This document shows, in pieces, positions 20,962 through 31,216 of a DNA stretch of 64,000 nt. Both the position numbers and the translations under genes were made by a program. The first letter of the stretch is position 1; every line of letters begins with the position of its first letter. The stretch is from an uncultured Candidatus Saccharibacteria bacterium (lineage in GTDB: Bacteria; Patescibacteriota; Minisyncoccia; Phycocordibacterales; UBA918): NCBI GenBank assembly GCA_964493145.1, contig CAZBMV010000002.1, forward strand, positions 14,157-78,156, written 5' to 3'. The notes below the pieces were generated by a model. It was not told where the DNA came from, did not search any database, and saw nothing but the letters and a program-made list of their open reading frames with translations.

Positions 20962-21930
20962 ATGCTTGAAACAAACGTCGCATTGCCATCAAAGCCACGA
21001 GTCGTAAAGGAGGAAGAATTCTCAGGTGTTTTTGAAATTGACGGACTCTACCCGGGGTACGGTCACACACTCGGTAACTCACTCCGACGTATTATTCTCT
21101 CATCACTTCCGGGAGCGGCAATCACAAAAGTAAAAATTGATGGTGTAGACCACGAGTTTTCAACAATCACGGGCGTAAAGGAGGATGTCGTAACCATCCT
21201 TCTCAACCTCAAGCGCGTACGTCTCCACATGCACAGCGACACTCCGCTCACCCTCACACTCAAAGCCAGCGGTGCACAGACGGTAACCGCGAAGAACATT
21301 GATGCACCAAGCCAGATTACTATTTTGAATCCTGAGCAAAAAATCGCAGAAATTACGGAAAAGTCTACGACGCTTAACATGGAAATCACCGTTGAACATG
21401 GCCTTGGCTACGTTCCTCGCGAAATTCATCAGAAGGAGAAGGTTGAGATTGGCACCATTGCACTTGATGCAGTATTTACGCCGATTCGCCGCGTAAACTA
21501 TGAGGTTGAGAACATGCGCGTCGGTGACCGCACCGATTACAACCGCCTTCGTTTTTTCATTGAGACCGATGGTACGCTCACCCCACGTCAAGCGCTTGAA
21601 AACTCCATTGAAATCATGATACACCAGCTCAAGGCAGTCATCGGTTTCCAGGATGCGGTACACACACCGTCAGAGACGGCAAACCATGATGAAGTACATG
21701 AACAGGATGCATCCGATATTGTTGACACCGACGCTCTCAAGACTCGCATTGAAACACTCGACCTCTCAACTCGTACACTTAATGCGCTTGAAAATGCGAA
21801 CATTCGTACGCTCGGCGGACTTGTGCGTAAGAAAAAAGATGATATTCTTGCGCTCGAAGGTATGGGTCCAAAGGGGATTGAGGAGCTTGAGACCATACTC
21901 GGTAAGATGAATCTAGGATTTAAGGAATAA
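20962..21930 (+). CDS. rpoA: DNA-directed RNA polymerase alpha subunit
   Basis: N-terminal dimerisation domain and C-terminal alpha-CTD. Confidence 0.95.
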   Translation: MLETNVALPSKPRVVKEEEFSGVFEIDGLYPGYGHTLGNSLRRIILSSLPGAAITKVKIDGVDHEFSTITGVKEDVVTILLNLKRVRLHMHSDTPLTLTLKASGAQTVTAKNIDAPSQITILNPEQKIAEITEKSTTLNMEITVEHGLGYVPREIHQKEKVEIGTIALDAVFTPIRRVNYEVENMRVGDRTDYNRLRFFIETDGTLTPRQALENSIEIMIHQLKAVIGFQDAVHTPSETANHDEVHEQDASDIVDTDALKTRIETLDLSTRTLNALENANIRTLGGLVRKKKDDILALEGMGPKGIEELETILGKMNLGFKE

Positions 21931-21931
21931 C

Positions 21932-22285
21932 ATGCGACACCACTCACAAAAAAGAACACTCGGACGATCACGCAGCCAACGTACTGCGCTCCTTCGTGGA
22001 CTTGCTATTTCGCTCTTTGAGCACGGAACTATCAAGACAACGGAAGCGAAAGCGAAGGAACTTCGTCCGTATGTTGAAAAACTCATCACGAAGAGCAAAC
22101 AGGACTCTGTTGTCTCACGACGAAACGTCATGAGCACACTCGGGGAGCCAAAGGATGCAGTTGTAAAGAAACTGTTCACCGATATCGCAAAGCGGTATGC
22201 GGAACGACAGGGAGGGTACACACGCATTGTAAAACTTGGTGAGACACGTGCAGGTCGCAGTGAAGCCTGCGTTGAGCTCGTATAA
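21932..22285 (+). CDS. rplQ: Ribosomal protein L17
   Basis: MRHHSQKRTLGRSRSQRTALLRGLA… is canonical L17. Confidence 0.95.
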   Translation: MRHHSQKRTLGRSRSQRTALLRGLAISLFEHGTIKTTEAKAKELRPYVEKLITKSKQDSVVSRRNVMSTLGEPKDAVVKKLFTDIAKRYAERQGGYTRIVKLGETRAGRSEACVELV

Positions 22286-22295
22286 CGAATATACT

Positions 22296-22646
22296 ATGGA
22301 TAAGAAAGAATACATTATTGATGCATCAAACAAGCGACTCGGACGTATTGCAACCGAGGCTGCTTCAGTGCTTCTCGGAAAGAATACGACTCATTTTGCA
22401 AAAAATGTTGTTGAACCGGTGACGGTAAAAATTACCAATGCACACCTCTTGGATATTACCGAGAAGCGTGGGAACATGGAATTTCAATCATACTCAGGGT
22501 ACCCGGGTGGACGACGCGTAGAGACACTTGCGCACCTTGCAAAACGTCTCGGGTACAGTGAAGTTGTTCGCCGCGTTGTGAGCGGTATGATTCCAAAGAA
22601 CAAACTCCATTCACCACGAATGCGTAATCTTGAAGTAACAGAATAA
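22296..22646 (+). CDS. rplM: Ribosomal protein L13
   Basis: MDKKEYIIDASNKRLGRIATEAA… is canonical L13. The start is the ATG at 22296. Confidence 0.9.
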   Translation: MDKKEYIIDASNKRLGRIATEAASVLLGKNTTHFAKNVVEPVTVKITNAHLLDITEKRGNMEFQSYSGYPGGRRVETLAHLAKRLGYSEVVRRVVSGMIPKNKLHSPRMRNLEVTE

Positions 22647-22652
22647 TCACGT

Positions 22653-23054
22653 ATGGCAACGAAACAATACATAGAGGGGATCGGACGACGAAAGACTGCG
22701 ACGGCGCGCGTACGTATTACAAAATCAAAAGATTCACGAGTCATTGTGAATGAAAAGCCGATTGCTGAATACTTCAAAGCTCGCACACTCCAGAAGAATG
22801 TGCTCTCGGCACTGGAAGTTGAAAACGCAGGTATTGATACCTACGAAATCAGCGCACACGTACAGGGAGGTGGCCTCAGCGCACAGGCAGACGCCATTAA
22901 ACTCGGTGTCGCTCGCGCCCTCCTTAAGGAAAAGGCGGATCGCAGAAGTGTCCTTAAAAAGGCGGGACTCCTGAAGCGAGACGCTCGCGCAGTTGAACGA
23001 AAGAAGTTCGGTCTCCGCAAAGCACGACGTCGCCCACAGTGGTCAAAACGTTAG
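22653..23054 (+). CDS. rpsI: Ribosomal protein S9
   Basis: Canonical S9 ending …RRRPQWSKR. Confidence 0.95.
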   Translation: MATKQYIEGIGRRKTATARVRITKSKDSRVIVNEKPIAEYFKARTLQKNVLSALEVENAGIDTYEISAHVQGGGLSAQADAIKLGVARALLKEKADRRSVLKKAGLLKRDARAVERKKFGLRKARRRPQWSKR

Positions 23055-23057
23055 TAA

Positions 23058-23087
23058 AAAAGGCTCCTCTACGGAGCCTTTTCAACG
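23058..23087 (+). terminator. Rho-independent terminator after rpsI
   Basis: GGCTCC-TCTAC-GGAGCC hairpin followed by TTTTC. Confidence 0.6.
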
Positions 23088-23203
23088 CTTTGAAGACGAA
23101 GCGATGTTTTGTCGATCACAAGGAGACAAAACCGCGAGTCCGGCCAGGAAGCATTTATGAGCGTAAGCGAATGAGTAACCTGACGCCAACGAGATAGTAA
23201 AGT

Positions 23204-23230
23204 GGCTCCACTACGAAGCCTTTTTCAATA
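23204..23230 (+). terminator. Second, degenerate copy of the rpsI terminator hairpin
   Basis: GGCTCC-ACTAC-GAAGCC followed by TTTTTC, a near-duplicate of the hairpin at 23058. Confidence 0.45.
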
Positions 23231-23374
23231 CCTTGAGGCAAGGGTATTTCGTACTTACTTTTTATTGACACGTGTGAGGCATAGATACATGGCAGACCTA
23301 CGATGTCGGCGACTTTAAATTTATAAACAGTAGCGTGTTTGTATTATATTTTCCTATTTTTTTCCGATTTTGAC

Positions 23375-23989
23375 ATGACCGAAAATCGCAGTTATAATGC
23401 ACGCACTATGGTAGAAAAAGAGCATGTACATGATGAAGAAGTAGTGATTGAGGAAGGAGAGCACGTGTTACATGAGGACGATGTAGAGCTTGAAGAAGAG
23501 GAGGGGTTGACGAGGGACAAGCTCAAAGCCATGCGAGAAAAATTGCGAGCGTGTGAGGTGGAAAAGACAAAACACCAGGACGACCTCCAACGAGCACGTG
23601 CGGACTTTCTCAACAGCAAACGTCGTCTTGAGGAACAACTCCTACGCGACAGAGAGCGCTCACGTGACGGCATTCTCACCGAACTCCTCACCCTCGCAGA
23701 CAGTTTTGACACCGCAATGATGAACGCAGAAGCATGGCAATCACTGGACGCAACATGGAGAACGGGCATTGAAGCGATACAATCAAAACTTACTGCGATT
23801 CTCAAGAGCAACGGCGTAGAAGAAATTAATCCAGTCGGACAACCATTTAGCCCACACGAGCACGAAGCGGTTTCAAGTGAAGCGGTAGAGGACGAACAGG
23901 TGGACACCGTGATCAGGGTGCTTCAGAAAGGATACCGACGGAATGCAGACATTCTTCGCCCCGCTCGTGTTGTCGTAGGAGCAAAGTAA
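23375..23989 (+). CDS. grpE: Nucleotide exchange factor GrpE
   Basis: Coiled-coil N-terminus and a GrpE C-terminal beta-domain (…[25 protein letters not shown]…). Confidence 0.85.
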   Translation: MTENRSYNARTMVEKEHVHDEEVVIEEGEHVLHEDDVELEEEEGLTRDKLKAMREKLRACEVEKTKHQDDLQRARADFLNSKRRLEEQLLRDRERSRDGILTELLTLADSFDTAMMNAEAWQSLDATWRTGIEAIQSKLTAILKSNGVEEINPVGQPFSPHEHEAVSSEAVEDEQVDTVIRVLQKGYRRNADILRPARVVVGAK

Positions 23990-24021
23990 ATGTATTATCA
24001 CAATTTAATTTCATACAACAT

Positions 24022-25914
24022 ATGGCAAAAATTCTTGGCATAGACCTTGGAACAACAAACTCCGCAATGGCAATCATTGAGGCGGGTGAACCTACGATCA
24101 TTGAGAATGCTGAAGGAAACCGCACAACACCTTCAATCGTTGCCATTTCGAAAACAAATGAACGTCTCGTGGGACAAATTGCGAAGCGTCAAGCGGTAAC
24201 AAACCCGAAAAATACCATTTACGGTATCAAGCGCTTCATGGGACACAGTTTCAATGAGCAAGCGGTCCAGAGCGACAAAGCAATCGTACCGTACGAGGTA
24301 AAGAGCGGCGCCGACAATGGTGTGCTCGTACACATGGGTGAGAAGGACTATCGACCGGAGGAAGTGTCGGCGATGATACTCGCAAAGCTAAAGGCCGACG
24401 CAGAGGCAAAACTCGGAGAAAAGATTACCGAAGCGGTCATCACGGTGCCGGCGTACTTTAATGACGCACAGCGTAAGGCGACGCAGGACGCAGGGAAGAT
24501 TGCCGGCCTTGAGGTGAAGCGCATCATCAATGAGCCGACTGCGGCGGCACTCGCGTACGGATTCAATAAGAAGAAAGAAGAAAAGATTGTCGTCTACGAC
24601 TTCGGTGGCGGTACCTTTGACGTGACGGTGCTTGAGGTTGGCGATGACGTCATTGAGGTGCAGTCAACGGACGGCGACGCACACATGGGTGGTCGTGACA
24701 TTGACCAAAAAATTGTTCGCCACCTCATTGCGGAATTCAAGAGTCTTGAGGGTATTGACCTCGGCAAAGACCCGCTCGCACTCCAGCGTCTCGACGAAGC
24801 GGCAGAAAAGGCAAAGCACGAACTCTCATCTACGGGAGAGGCGGAAATCAATATTCCGTTCATCACCTCTGACGCGAACGGTCCAAAACATATGCTCGTA
24901 AAGCTTACCCGTGCAAAACTTGAGGAACTCGCACGTGAGTACGTTGACCGTTCCATTGAAATCACAAAGCGTGCGCTTGAAGCGTCTGGTCTTAAAAAAG
25001 AAGACATTGATGAAATCATTCTCGTCGGCGGACAAACTCGTATGCCCGCAATCGTACAGGCGGTGAAAGACCTCTTCGGCAAGGAACCGAACAAATCAGT
25101 GAATCCGGACGAGGTGGTTGCACTCGGTGCCGCAATTCAGGCAGGAATTTTTCAGGGTGACATTCACGACATCACACTCGTTGACGTCATTCCGCTTTCA
25201 CTCGGCATTGAGACCATGGGCGGCGTTTCAACGAAACTCGTTGAGAAGAACACGCACATTCCCACAAAGCGAGAGCAAATATTCTCAACTGCGGCAGACA
25301 ACCAGACATCGGTAGAGATTCACATTACACAGGGGGAGCGCTCAATGGCAGCGGACAACAAGTCACTCGGTCGGTTCATTCTTGACGGTATTCCGCCGGC
25401 ACCCCGCGGCATGCCACAGATTGAGGTTGTCTTTGACGTAGACAGCAACGGTGTGCTCAACGTTACCGCACGAGACAAGTCAACGGGGAAAGAGCAAAAG
25501 ATTCGCATTGAGGCGAACTCAGGTCTCACACCCGATGACATTGAACGCATGAAGCAAGACGCCGAGGCACACGCAAGCGACGATGCGAAGAAAAAGGAAC
25601 TCATTGATTCACGCAACATCGCCGACCAAATGATATACACCGCTGAAAAGTCGCTTCAGGATCACAAGGATGCGATTCCGACCGATGTGAAAACTGCTGT
25701 TGAGGACAAGGTTAAAGCGCTTCGCGAAGTGAAAGATAAAGACGACAATGAAGTTATTAAGTCAAAGACCCAAGAACTTTCACACGAAATGCAAAAGATA
25801 GGTGAGGCAATTCAAAAAAATTCCGCTGGGCAGGGAACTGCACAGGAGGCACCGAAGACTGACGAGAACATTCGCGATGCTGAACCCGGTGATGAAAACA
25901 ACACGACAAATTAG
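24022..25914 (+). CDS. dnaK: Chaperone DnaK (Hsp70)
   Basis: [16 protein letters not shown] and the other Hsp70 signatures. 630 aa. Confidence 0.97.
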   Translation: MAKILGIDLGTTNSAMAIIEAGEPTIIENAEGNRTTPSIVAISKTNERLVGQIAKRQAVTNPKNTIYGIKRFMGHSFNEQAVQSDKAIVPYEVKSGADNGVLVHMGEKDYRPEEVSAMILAKLKADAEAKLGEKITEAVITVPAYFNDAQRKATQDAGKIAGLEVKRIINEPTAAALAYGFNKKKEEKIVVYDFGGGTFDVTVLEVGDDVIEVQSTDGDAHMGGRDIDQKIVRHLIAEFKSLEGIDLGKDPLALQRLDEAAEKAKHELSSTGEAEINIPFITSDANGPKHMLVKLTRAKLEELAREYVDRSIEITKRALEASGLKKEDIDEIILVGGQTRMPAIVQAVKDLFGKEPNKSVNPDEVVALGAAIQAGIFQGDIHDITLVDVIPLSLGIETMGGVSTKLVEKNTHIPTKREQIFSTAADNQTSVEIHITQGERSMAADNKSLGRFILDGIPPAPRGMPQIEVVFDVDSNGVLNVTARDKSTGKEQKIRIEANSGLTPDDIERMKQDAEAHASDDAKKKELIDSRNIADQMIYTAEKSLQDHKDAIPTDVKTAVEDKVKALREVKDKDDNEVIKSKTQELSHEMQKIGEAIQKNSAGQGTAQEAPKTDENIRDAEPGDENNTTN

Positions 25915-25929
25915 TGGTACACTCTTCAT

Positions 25930-27000
25930 ATGAAAAATTACTACGAAATCCTCGGCATTCAGAAGAATGCAACAAAAGACGAAGTGAAGAAGGCGTTTCG
26001 TAAACTTGCTGCGAAGTACCACCCTGACAAGAAAACCGGTGATGAGGCAAAATTCAAGGAAATAAGCGAGGCATACGCCACACTTTCGGACGACAAGAAG
26101 CGTGCAGAATACGACACGTACGGTCGCTCGTACGCGCAGGGCGGTGCACAGGGTGGGCAGTGGGGTGGTTTTCAGGGTGGCTTTGGTGGCGCAAACATGG
26201 AGTTTGACCTCAATGATATTTTTGAAAACTTCGGTGATATTTTCGGCGGAGGACGTTCATCGGGAGCGCGACGACAGGCACGTGGAAATGACGTTTCAGT
26301 GGATATTGAACTGACATTTAAAGAGGCAATATTTGGCACGAAGCGAACACTACGCCTCATGAAGCACAACGTGTGTGAGACATGCGGTGGAACCGGAGCG
26401 AAGCCACACACCGAAATGACGACGTGTAGCACCTGTAACGGCAACGGCCGTGTTCGTGAGACGAGGCAGAGCATTCTCGGACAATTTGCGACCGTGCGAG
26501 AGTGTTCCGTATGTAACGGCACCGGCAAGATTCCAAAGGAGAAATGCTCCGACTGTCATGGCGCGGGTGTGAAGCGAACGGAGGACACGATTGACATCAG
26601 TATTCCTGCCGGCATTGAACCGGGTGAAATGATTCGGATGACAGGGCGAGGGGAAGGAGTGAAAAACGGTATTGCAGGCGATCTCTACATTAAGGTACAC
26701 GTACAGCGTCATGCAACCATTCACCGCAATGGTGACAACCTGGAGATGACCCTTCGTGTAAAGCTCTCCGACGCGCTCCTCGGCGCAACGTACAACGTTG
26801 AAACGCTTGATGGCGAAGTGAGCATCAAAATTCCCGAAGGTGTTCAGCACGGCGAGATTCTCCGCATAAAGGGGAGGGGGGTGCCGACATCAGGCTCACA
26901 CCGCGGTGACTTCCACGTAAAGATTATGATAGATATTCCACAGAAACTTTCACGGAACGCAAAGAAACTCGTTGAAGAGCTGAGAAAAGACGGAATTTAA
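25930..27000 (+). CDS. dnaJ: Chaperone DnaJ
   Basis: J-domain with HPD, a G/F region and four CxxCxGxG zinc-finger repeats. Confidence 0.95.
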   Translation: MKNYYEILGIQKNATKDEVKKAFRKLAAKYHPDKKTGDEAKFKEISEAYATLSDDKKRAEYDTYGRSYAQGGAQGGQWGGFQGGFGGANMEFDLNDIFENFGDIFGGGRSSGARRQARGNDVSVDIELTFKEAIFGTKRTLRLMKHNVCETCGGTGAKPHTEMTTCSTCNGNGRVRETRQSILGQFATVRECSVCNGTGKIPKEKCSDCHGAGVKRTEDTIDISIPAGIEPGEMIRMTGRGEGVKNGIAGDLYIKVHVQRHATIHRNGDNLEMTLRVKLSDALLGATYNVETLDGEVSIKIPEGVQHGEILRIKGRGVPTSGSHRGDFHVKIMIDIPQKLSRNAKKLVEELRKDGI

Positions 27001-27042
27001 TTCCACAGTATACGCCATGTAGAATATGTATAGCGCGTGGTA

Positions 27043-27285
27043 TTAATAATTCCGATATGTTTTCTCATTTCTTAAGGAAACCTCTAGAATCTCAATGTCA
27101 TCGTGTAATTGTCTGAAGATAATTCGTTTACTACCAACTCTAACGCGGTAGATATCACGATACCCCTTCAGCTTCTTGATATCATATTGTTCTGTTCCTT
27201 GTTCAATAATATCAGCAATCACCCTAGCGAGCAGAATTGATTCCGCTTTTGAGAGTTTTCTAAGAAATTTGTCAATTTTATCCAT
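27043..27285 (-). CDS. Type II toxin, RelE/ParE family
   Basis: 80 aa with a C-terminal …YRVRVGSKRIIFRQLHDDIEILEVSLRNEKTY typical of RelE/ParE. It overlaps the upstream antitoxin by 8 nt. Confidence 0.7.
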   Translation of the reverse strand: MDKIDKFLRKLSKAESILLARVIADIIEQGTEQYDIKKLKGYRDIYRVRVGSKRIIFRQLHDDIEILEVSLRNEKTYRNY

Positions 27286-27529
27286 TGAGCTTTTTAAGTC
27301 TCTTGAGGATCTCTTTTCCGCTCACTCCTCGTGGATTAATCTCCGTAAAATCAATAATGGTTTCCCAACCCATTTCCTCTTCATCAACCGGACTAAGGCG
27401 GAAGATGGGACGATTGCGGCGCATCACGGTTATGGACTCACCCTTATCAACACGAGAAATGTATTTTTCCATGTTCTCACGGAGTTCCTTGAGTCCAACC
27501 ACTTTGAGTTTTGCGAGTTTTGTATTCAT
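27278..27529 (-). CDS. Type II antitoxin, Phd/YefM family
   Basis: 83 aa and Phd/YefM-like (…ESITVMRRNRPIFRLSPV…). It lies immediately upstream of the toxin and overlaps it. Confidence 0.65.
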   Translation of the reverse strand: MNTKLAKLKVVGLKELRENMEKYISRVDKGESITVMRRNRPIFRLSPVDEEEMGWETIIDFTEINPRGVSGKEILKRLKKLNG

Positions 27530-27625
27530 AATACGAATAAGTTTATCTTAAGATAAACTTTAGTCAACAGGCATTGTATACAGAGCATTGCGCACGTATA
27601 AACTATTCCATACTATAATACTTTC

Positions 27626-28105
27626 ATGGAATCAGGCGATATTATTTCATTTCTCAAGGAATCCATTTTCACCGTTACGGTGTTCTCGGTTTTTCTTGTG
27701 TACGCCATGGCGAAGGGGCGCTACGCGCTCGTCAATGTTATTTTTGCGCTGTACCTCGCGCTTCTCGTTTCAATCAAATTTCCATACTTTAGCAATGTCG
27801 TGGGTGGGGGAGGGCAGAGCGGTGCGATGACAAAAATTCTCATTTTCGCCGGCTTTACCGTACTCGGCATTATGCTTTTCAGACGTCACATACCGGGTGA
27901 CGACTACGAGCCTGCATTTCATAAATTGGGCATGAAGGTGCTCCTCGCCACCATGGCGACCGTGCTCGTCATGGCGTACAGTTTTCACGCACTCCCGGTG
28001 ACGGAAATACTCACACCCTCAACACCGATTCAACACCTCTTTGCTCCCGAACAGCACTTCTTCTGGTGGCTCATCCTCCCACTCGCGGTCCTCTTCTTTG
28101 TGTAA
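27626..28105 (+). CDS. Small integral membrane protein (about 5 TM)
   Basis: Hydrophobic 159-aa ORF directly upstream of the CofE-like gene. Confidence 0.4.
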   Translation: MESGDIISFLKESIFTVTVFSVFLVYAMAKGRYALVNVIFALYLALLVSIKFPYFSNVVGGGGQSGAMTKILIFAGFTVLGIMLFRRHIPGDDYEPAFHKLGMKVLLATMATVLVMAYSFHALPVTEILTPSTPIQHLFAPEQHFFWWLILPLAVLFFV

Positions 28106-28111
28106 TTCCTC

Positions 28112-28831
28112 ATGCTGATCAAACCGATCAAAACATCACTTTTCAATATCAATGATGATCTATTTTTATTCATCACAAAATATATTAAAAAATTTAACGA
28201 GTATGACATACTCGTTATAACATCAAAAATTGTTGCCCTCTCTCAGGGGTGCGTGATTCCACACGATTCGTATACCAAGTATATGAATACCGTCTCAGCC
28301 CATTCAGTGAAGACGCCATGGGCGATACTCACGCTCACGAGTGAAGGGTGGTGTATTAATGCAGGTGTCGATGAATCTAACGTACGGAATGGCTACGTTA
28401 CACTGCCTGAAAACCCTTTTGAATATGCTCACATCCTGAGGAAGCGACTTAGGAAAAAATACGGTCTTAAAAATCTCGGTGTCATTATCACCGACACTCG
28501 AAGTGTCCCGCTTCGAGCCGGAACCGTTGGTCGCGCTATCGGCTGTGCCGGTTTTCATCCCCTCAAAAGCTACATTGGTAAAAAAGATTTGTTTGGGCGA
28601 AAGAGCAGAGTGACGGTGAGCAATAATGCCGACGCACTCGCGACCGGTGCGGTCTTCGTCATGGGCGAGGGAAGTGAGCAAACACCACTTGCGGTCATAC
28701 AAAATGCCCCGGTGAGATTCACTCAAAAAAAATTACCGAAAAAGGAAACACGCCTCTTTCTTCTCCCACGCGAAGATATTTTCACGTACCTATACAGAGC
28801 GCCTCGGAAATACCTCAAAGACACTCCATGA
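28112..28831 (+). CDS. CofE-like gamma-glutamyl ligase family protein (F420-0:gamma-glutamyl ligase fold)
   Basis: ILVITSKIVA…NAGVDESN…GVIITDT pattern and a length consistent with the F420_ligase family. Assigned by motif recall only. Confidence 0.5.
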   Translation: MLIKPIKTSLFNINDDLFLFITKYIKKFNEYDILVITSKIVALSQGCVIPHDSYTKYMNTVSAHSVKTPWAILTLTSEGWCINAGVDESNVRNGYVTLPENPFEYAHILRKRLRKKYGLKNLGVIITDTRSVPLRAGTVGRAIGCAGFHPLKSYIGKKDLFGRKSRVTVSNNADALATGAVFVMGEGSEQTPLAVIQNAPVRFTQKKLPKKETRLFLLPREDIFTYLYRAPRKYLKDTP

Positions 28832-29245
28832 GGAAATGTTGGTGTCGTACACTATCGTATAATCAACCGGCTCGTCCCACGATTGCCGTGTGAGAGTCTC
28901 TTTATCCTTAAACGATTCGGACGTTGCAACCCCGATGCGCACCCACTCCTTTGGAATAAGGGAAAGGAATCTGTCATACCACCCACCGCCACGTCCGTGG
29001 CGGGTGCCGTAAATATCAAAAGCCGTACCTGGTAGGAAGACACACACATTTTTCTTGTGTCCGAGTATTGCAGTGCACGTCTTCACCCACGTAACAACAT
29101 CCGCCTTCGCATCACATGGGATGACCAGCGTATCTTCTATATGTGTTATCGGAGTGTACTGGAGCGGATCAATCTCATCAAAATGTGGTGTGTACAAAAT
29201 TACACCCGTACACAATGCGAGTTCAGGAATATCAGCGCGAAGCAT
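28790..29245 (-). CDS. 5-formyltetrahydrofolate cyclo-ligase family protein
   Basis: LPGTAFDIYGTRHGRGGGWYDRFL matches the conserved 5-FCL motif. Confidence 0.65.
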   Translation of the reverse strand: MLRADIPELALCTGVILYTPHFDEIDPLQYTPITHIEDTLVIPCDAKADVVTWVKTCTAILGHKKNVCVFLPGTAFDIYGTRHGRGGGWYDRFLSLIPKEWVRIGVATSESFKDKETLTRQSWDEPVDYTIVYDTNISSWSVFEVFPRRSV

Positions 29246-29302
29246 GAGGATACTATACAAAAAAATGCCATGGGTGGGAACCCACGGCATTCACCGGTAC
29301 AC

Positions 29303-30313
29303 CTAGGAATCAAGGCTTTTGAGTATCTTGGTGTACAACGCTTCAACAATCGCTTGTTGCTCCTTGCCACTACGCGCGTAATGATCGAGGCCGGGTGCCG
29401 CGTTAATTTCGAGGACCCAGTACTTCTTTGGCTCCATGGAAATATCACCATGGATCATGAGGTCGACCCCGCAAAGCCGAAGCCCCATGTCACGCGTAAG
29501 CGATATGGCAATATCACGAAACGCGCGATGTACCACACTCGTCACATCGACTGATTCGCCACCGGAGGAAAGGTTCGCATTATCGAGAAGAAACACTTGC
29601 TCTCCTTTCAAAATGACACTCTCGGGAGAGTAGCCACTTCGCGCGAGCTTTTCTTTGATGCGCGAATCATCAAACGCAATCTGTGTATCGCGCTTTGCCC
29701 GAGCGAACTCTTGTTGCTTCTTGAGGAGAAGCTCGCGTACCGTCATCTTTCCGTCACCCGTGACAGAGAGCGGGATACGCTCGTACGCAGAAATAATTTT
29801 TCCATCGAGAACCACAATGCGATAATCCTTCCCGGATACCGGCTTTTGCACGAGCACAATACGATCATCCTTGAATGCCGCTCTCATCGCTTTATAGAAT
29901 CCTTGCTTCGTGTGGACAAGTACCACACCTTTTCCCTGGCTCCCGCTGTTGGGTTTCACGATGACCGGAAAGCCGAGTTGTTGCGCATGCCTGTACGCAG
30001 CATCAATTCCTCGATTGGTAACACCGATAACCTTTCCCCAATCATCTCGGAAAAACGTTTTGCTTCCGGGAACAACAGGGTACCCCATGCGTGCCATAAA
30101 GAAATTCGCGTAATCCTTATCCTTCGCGATATCAGCGGCACCAACAGGATTGAGGTCAAGTGAATTGTACCTAAAGTACGACCGTTTGCCGCTCTTGAAG
30201 GTGATTTGCCCGGCAATGCGCCACACAGGCTCAAGGAGAACCCTTGCACCAATCTGCAGTGCCACCTTTTGAAGTACCTTTCCAAGTACAAGTGATTCGT
30301 GTTTCTTTTTCAT
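29303..30313 (-). CDS. RimK-family ATP-grasp alpha-L-glutamate ligase-like protein
   Basis: PVIVKPNSGSQGKGV and …CGVDLMIHGD…WVLEINAAPGL are ATP-grasp RimK/CofF/MptN-type motifs. Confidence 0.7.
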   Translation of the reverse strand: MKKKHESLVLGKVLQKVALQIGARVLLEPVWRIAGQITFKSGKRSYFRYNSLDLNPVGAADIAKDKDYANFFMARMGYPVVPGSKTFFRDDWGKVIGVTNRGIDAAYRHAQQLGFPVIVKPNSGSQGKGVVLVHTKQGFYKAMRAAFKDDRIVLVQKPVSGKDYRIVVLDGKIISAYERIPLSVTGDGKMTVRELLLKKQQEFARAKRDTQIAFDDSRIKEKLARSGYSPESVILKGEQVFLLDNANLSSGGESVDVTSVVHRAFRDIAISLTRDMGLRLCGVDLMIHGDISMEPKKYWVLEINAAPGLDHYARSGKEQQAIVEALYTKILKSLDS

Positions 30314-30493
30314 GATTTCCTCCGTGATGTGATAGTACTGTAATGTACGAATTTACTTTGTAAAAAATGACACATGTAGCAATAAAAATCAAGCACTTTC
30401 GGTAATGTGCAAGCACATTACCGAAGGCACTGGACAAGTGTGTATTTTTATGCTAAAATACATATAATTTGATCTTTTCATAGGAGGTGTAAA

Positions 30494-31096
30494 ATGTGCA
30501 GCCAAAAAGGTGTGGCTGCCACGTTTGCAGCCTTCGCAGTACGTGTCACCCGCGTCTGGAATGCCTTCTTCGGTATCCAGTCGCACGACAGTAACACGAA
30601 AGCCGGCTACAAAGTCGGCAAGATAATAGCCCAGCGCGTCATCTACACAATGGCGGACTACTGGCTCATGGCTTTGTCTGCGGCATTTATCATTGTCGTG
30701 GACAAAGCACTCGGCTACGAGTGGTTCGGCCTATTCATGGCGATGTGGGGATTTGACATCGTCGTTGCGTGCGCCTTTGTTGCAATCTGGACACGCACGG
30801 GAGAGGACGTCACGCTCGGCGAGAGTTATCGCCGAGCGGCAGATGCCATTCATGCAGAGTCCCGCATTGCGGGATACCTTGCAATGGCAGGTGTCTGCAT
30901 CAAAGCGTCGTTCTGGGATGGTCCGGAGCATATTGTCATCTTCTTTCACAAGGAGATTGGCAATGAGGGACGAATGCTTGCTGTTCTCCTCGCGCTCACG
31001 GCAATTCAGGCGGCAATCTGGACTCCTGTCTACGTACTGGGGTTTGATACCGCCTCAGAACTCTTCACGCACATTATGAACACGTACGTGAGGTGA
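30494..31096 (+). CDS. Integral membrane protein (about 5 TM)
   Basis: Strong RBS (AGGAGGTG) 6 nt upstream, a TATAAT-like -10, and a 10-bp hairpin in the leader. Confidence 0.45.
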   Translation: MCSQKGVAATFAAFAVRVTRVWNAFFGIQSHDSNTKAGYKVGKIIAQRVIYTMADYWLMALSAAFIIVVDKALGYEWFGLFMAMWGFDIVVACAFVAIWTRTGEDVTLGESYRRAADAIHAESRIAGYLAMAGVCIKASFWDGPEHIVIFFHKEIGNEGRMLAVLLALTAIQAAIWTPVYVLGFDTASELFTHIMNTYVR

Positions 31097-31126
31097 CGGC
31101 CGACGCAGAGTTACATACTCGCCGAC

Positions 31127-31156
31127 CCACGGTCGGCGAGTTTTTTATTCCCACGC
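31127..31156 (+). terminator. Rho-independent terminator
   Basis: CTCGCCGACC-CACG-GTCGGCGAG hairpin followed by TTTTTTATT. Confidence 0.6.
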
Positions 31157-31216
31157 GCACATGGTATTTCATCGTATTTCTCGTCATACTGTACAGAGCA
31201 CAGGGCTATTCAACAC

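Noticed and set aside
23120-23165. The sequence GAGUCCGGCCAGGAAGCA resembles the SRP (4.5S) RNA domain IV motif GUCCGGAAGGAAGCAGC, and weakly resembles RNase P P4.
   Set aside because: The apical loop is GGCC(A) rather than a GNRA tetraloop. The conserved asymmetric loop partners are absent. No long closing helix could be folded by eye. The segment is far too short for RNase P.
23220-23374. Looked for a CIRCE/HrcA operator (TTAGCACTC-N9-GAGTGCTAA) or a sigma-32 promoter upstream of grpE-dnaK-dnaJ.
   Set aside because: No CIRCE-like inverted repeat is present. TTGACA at 23265 has no acceptable -10 at 16-18 nt spacing.
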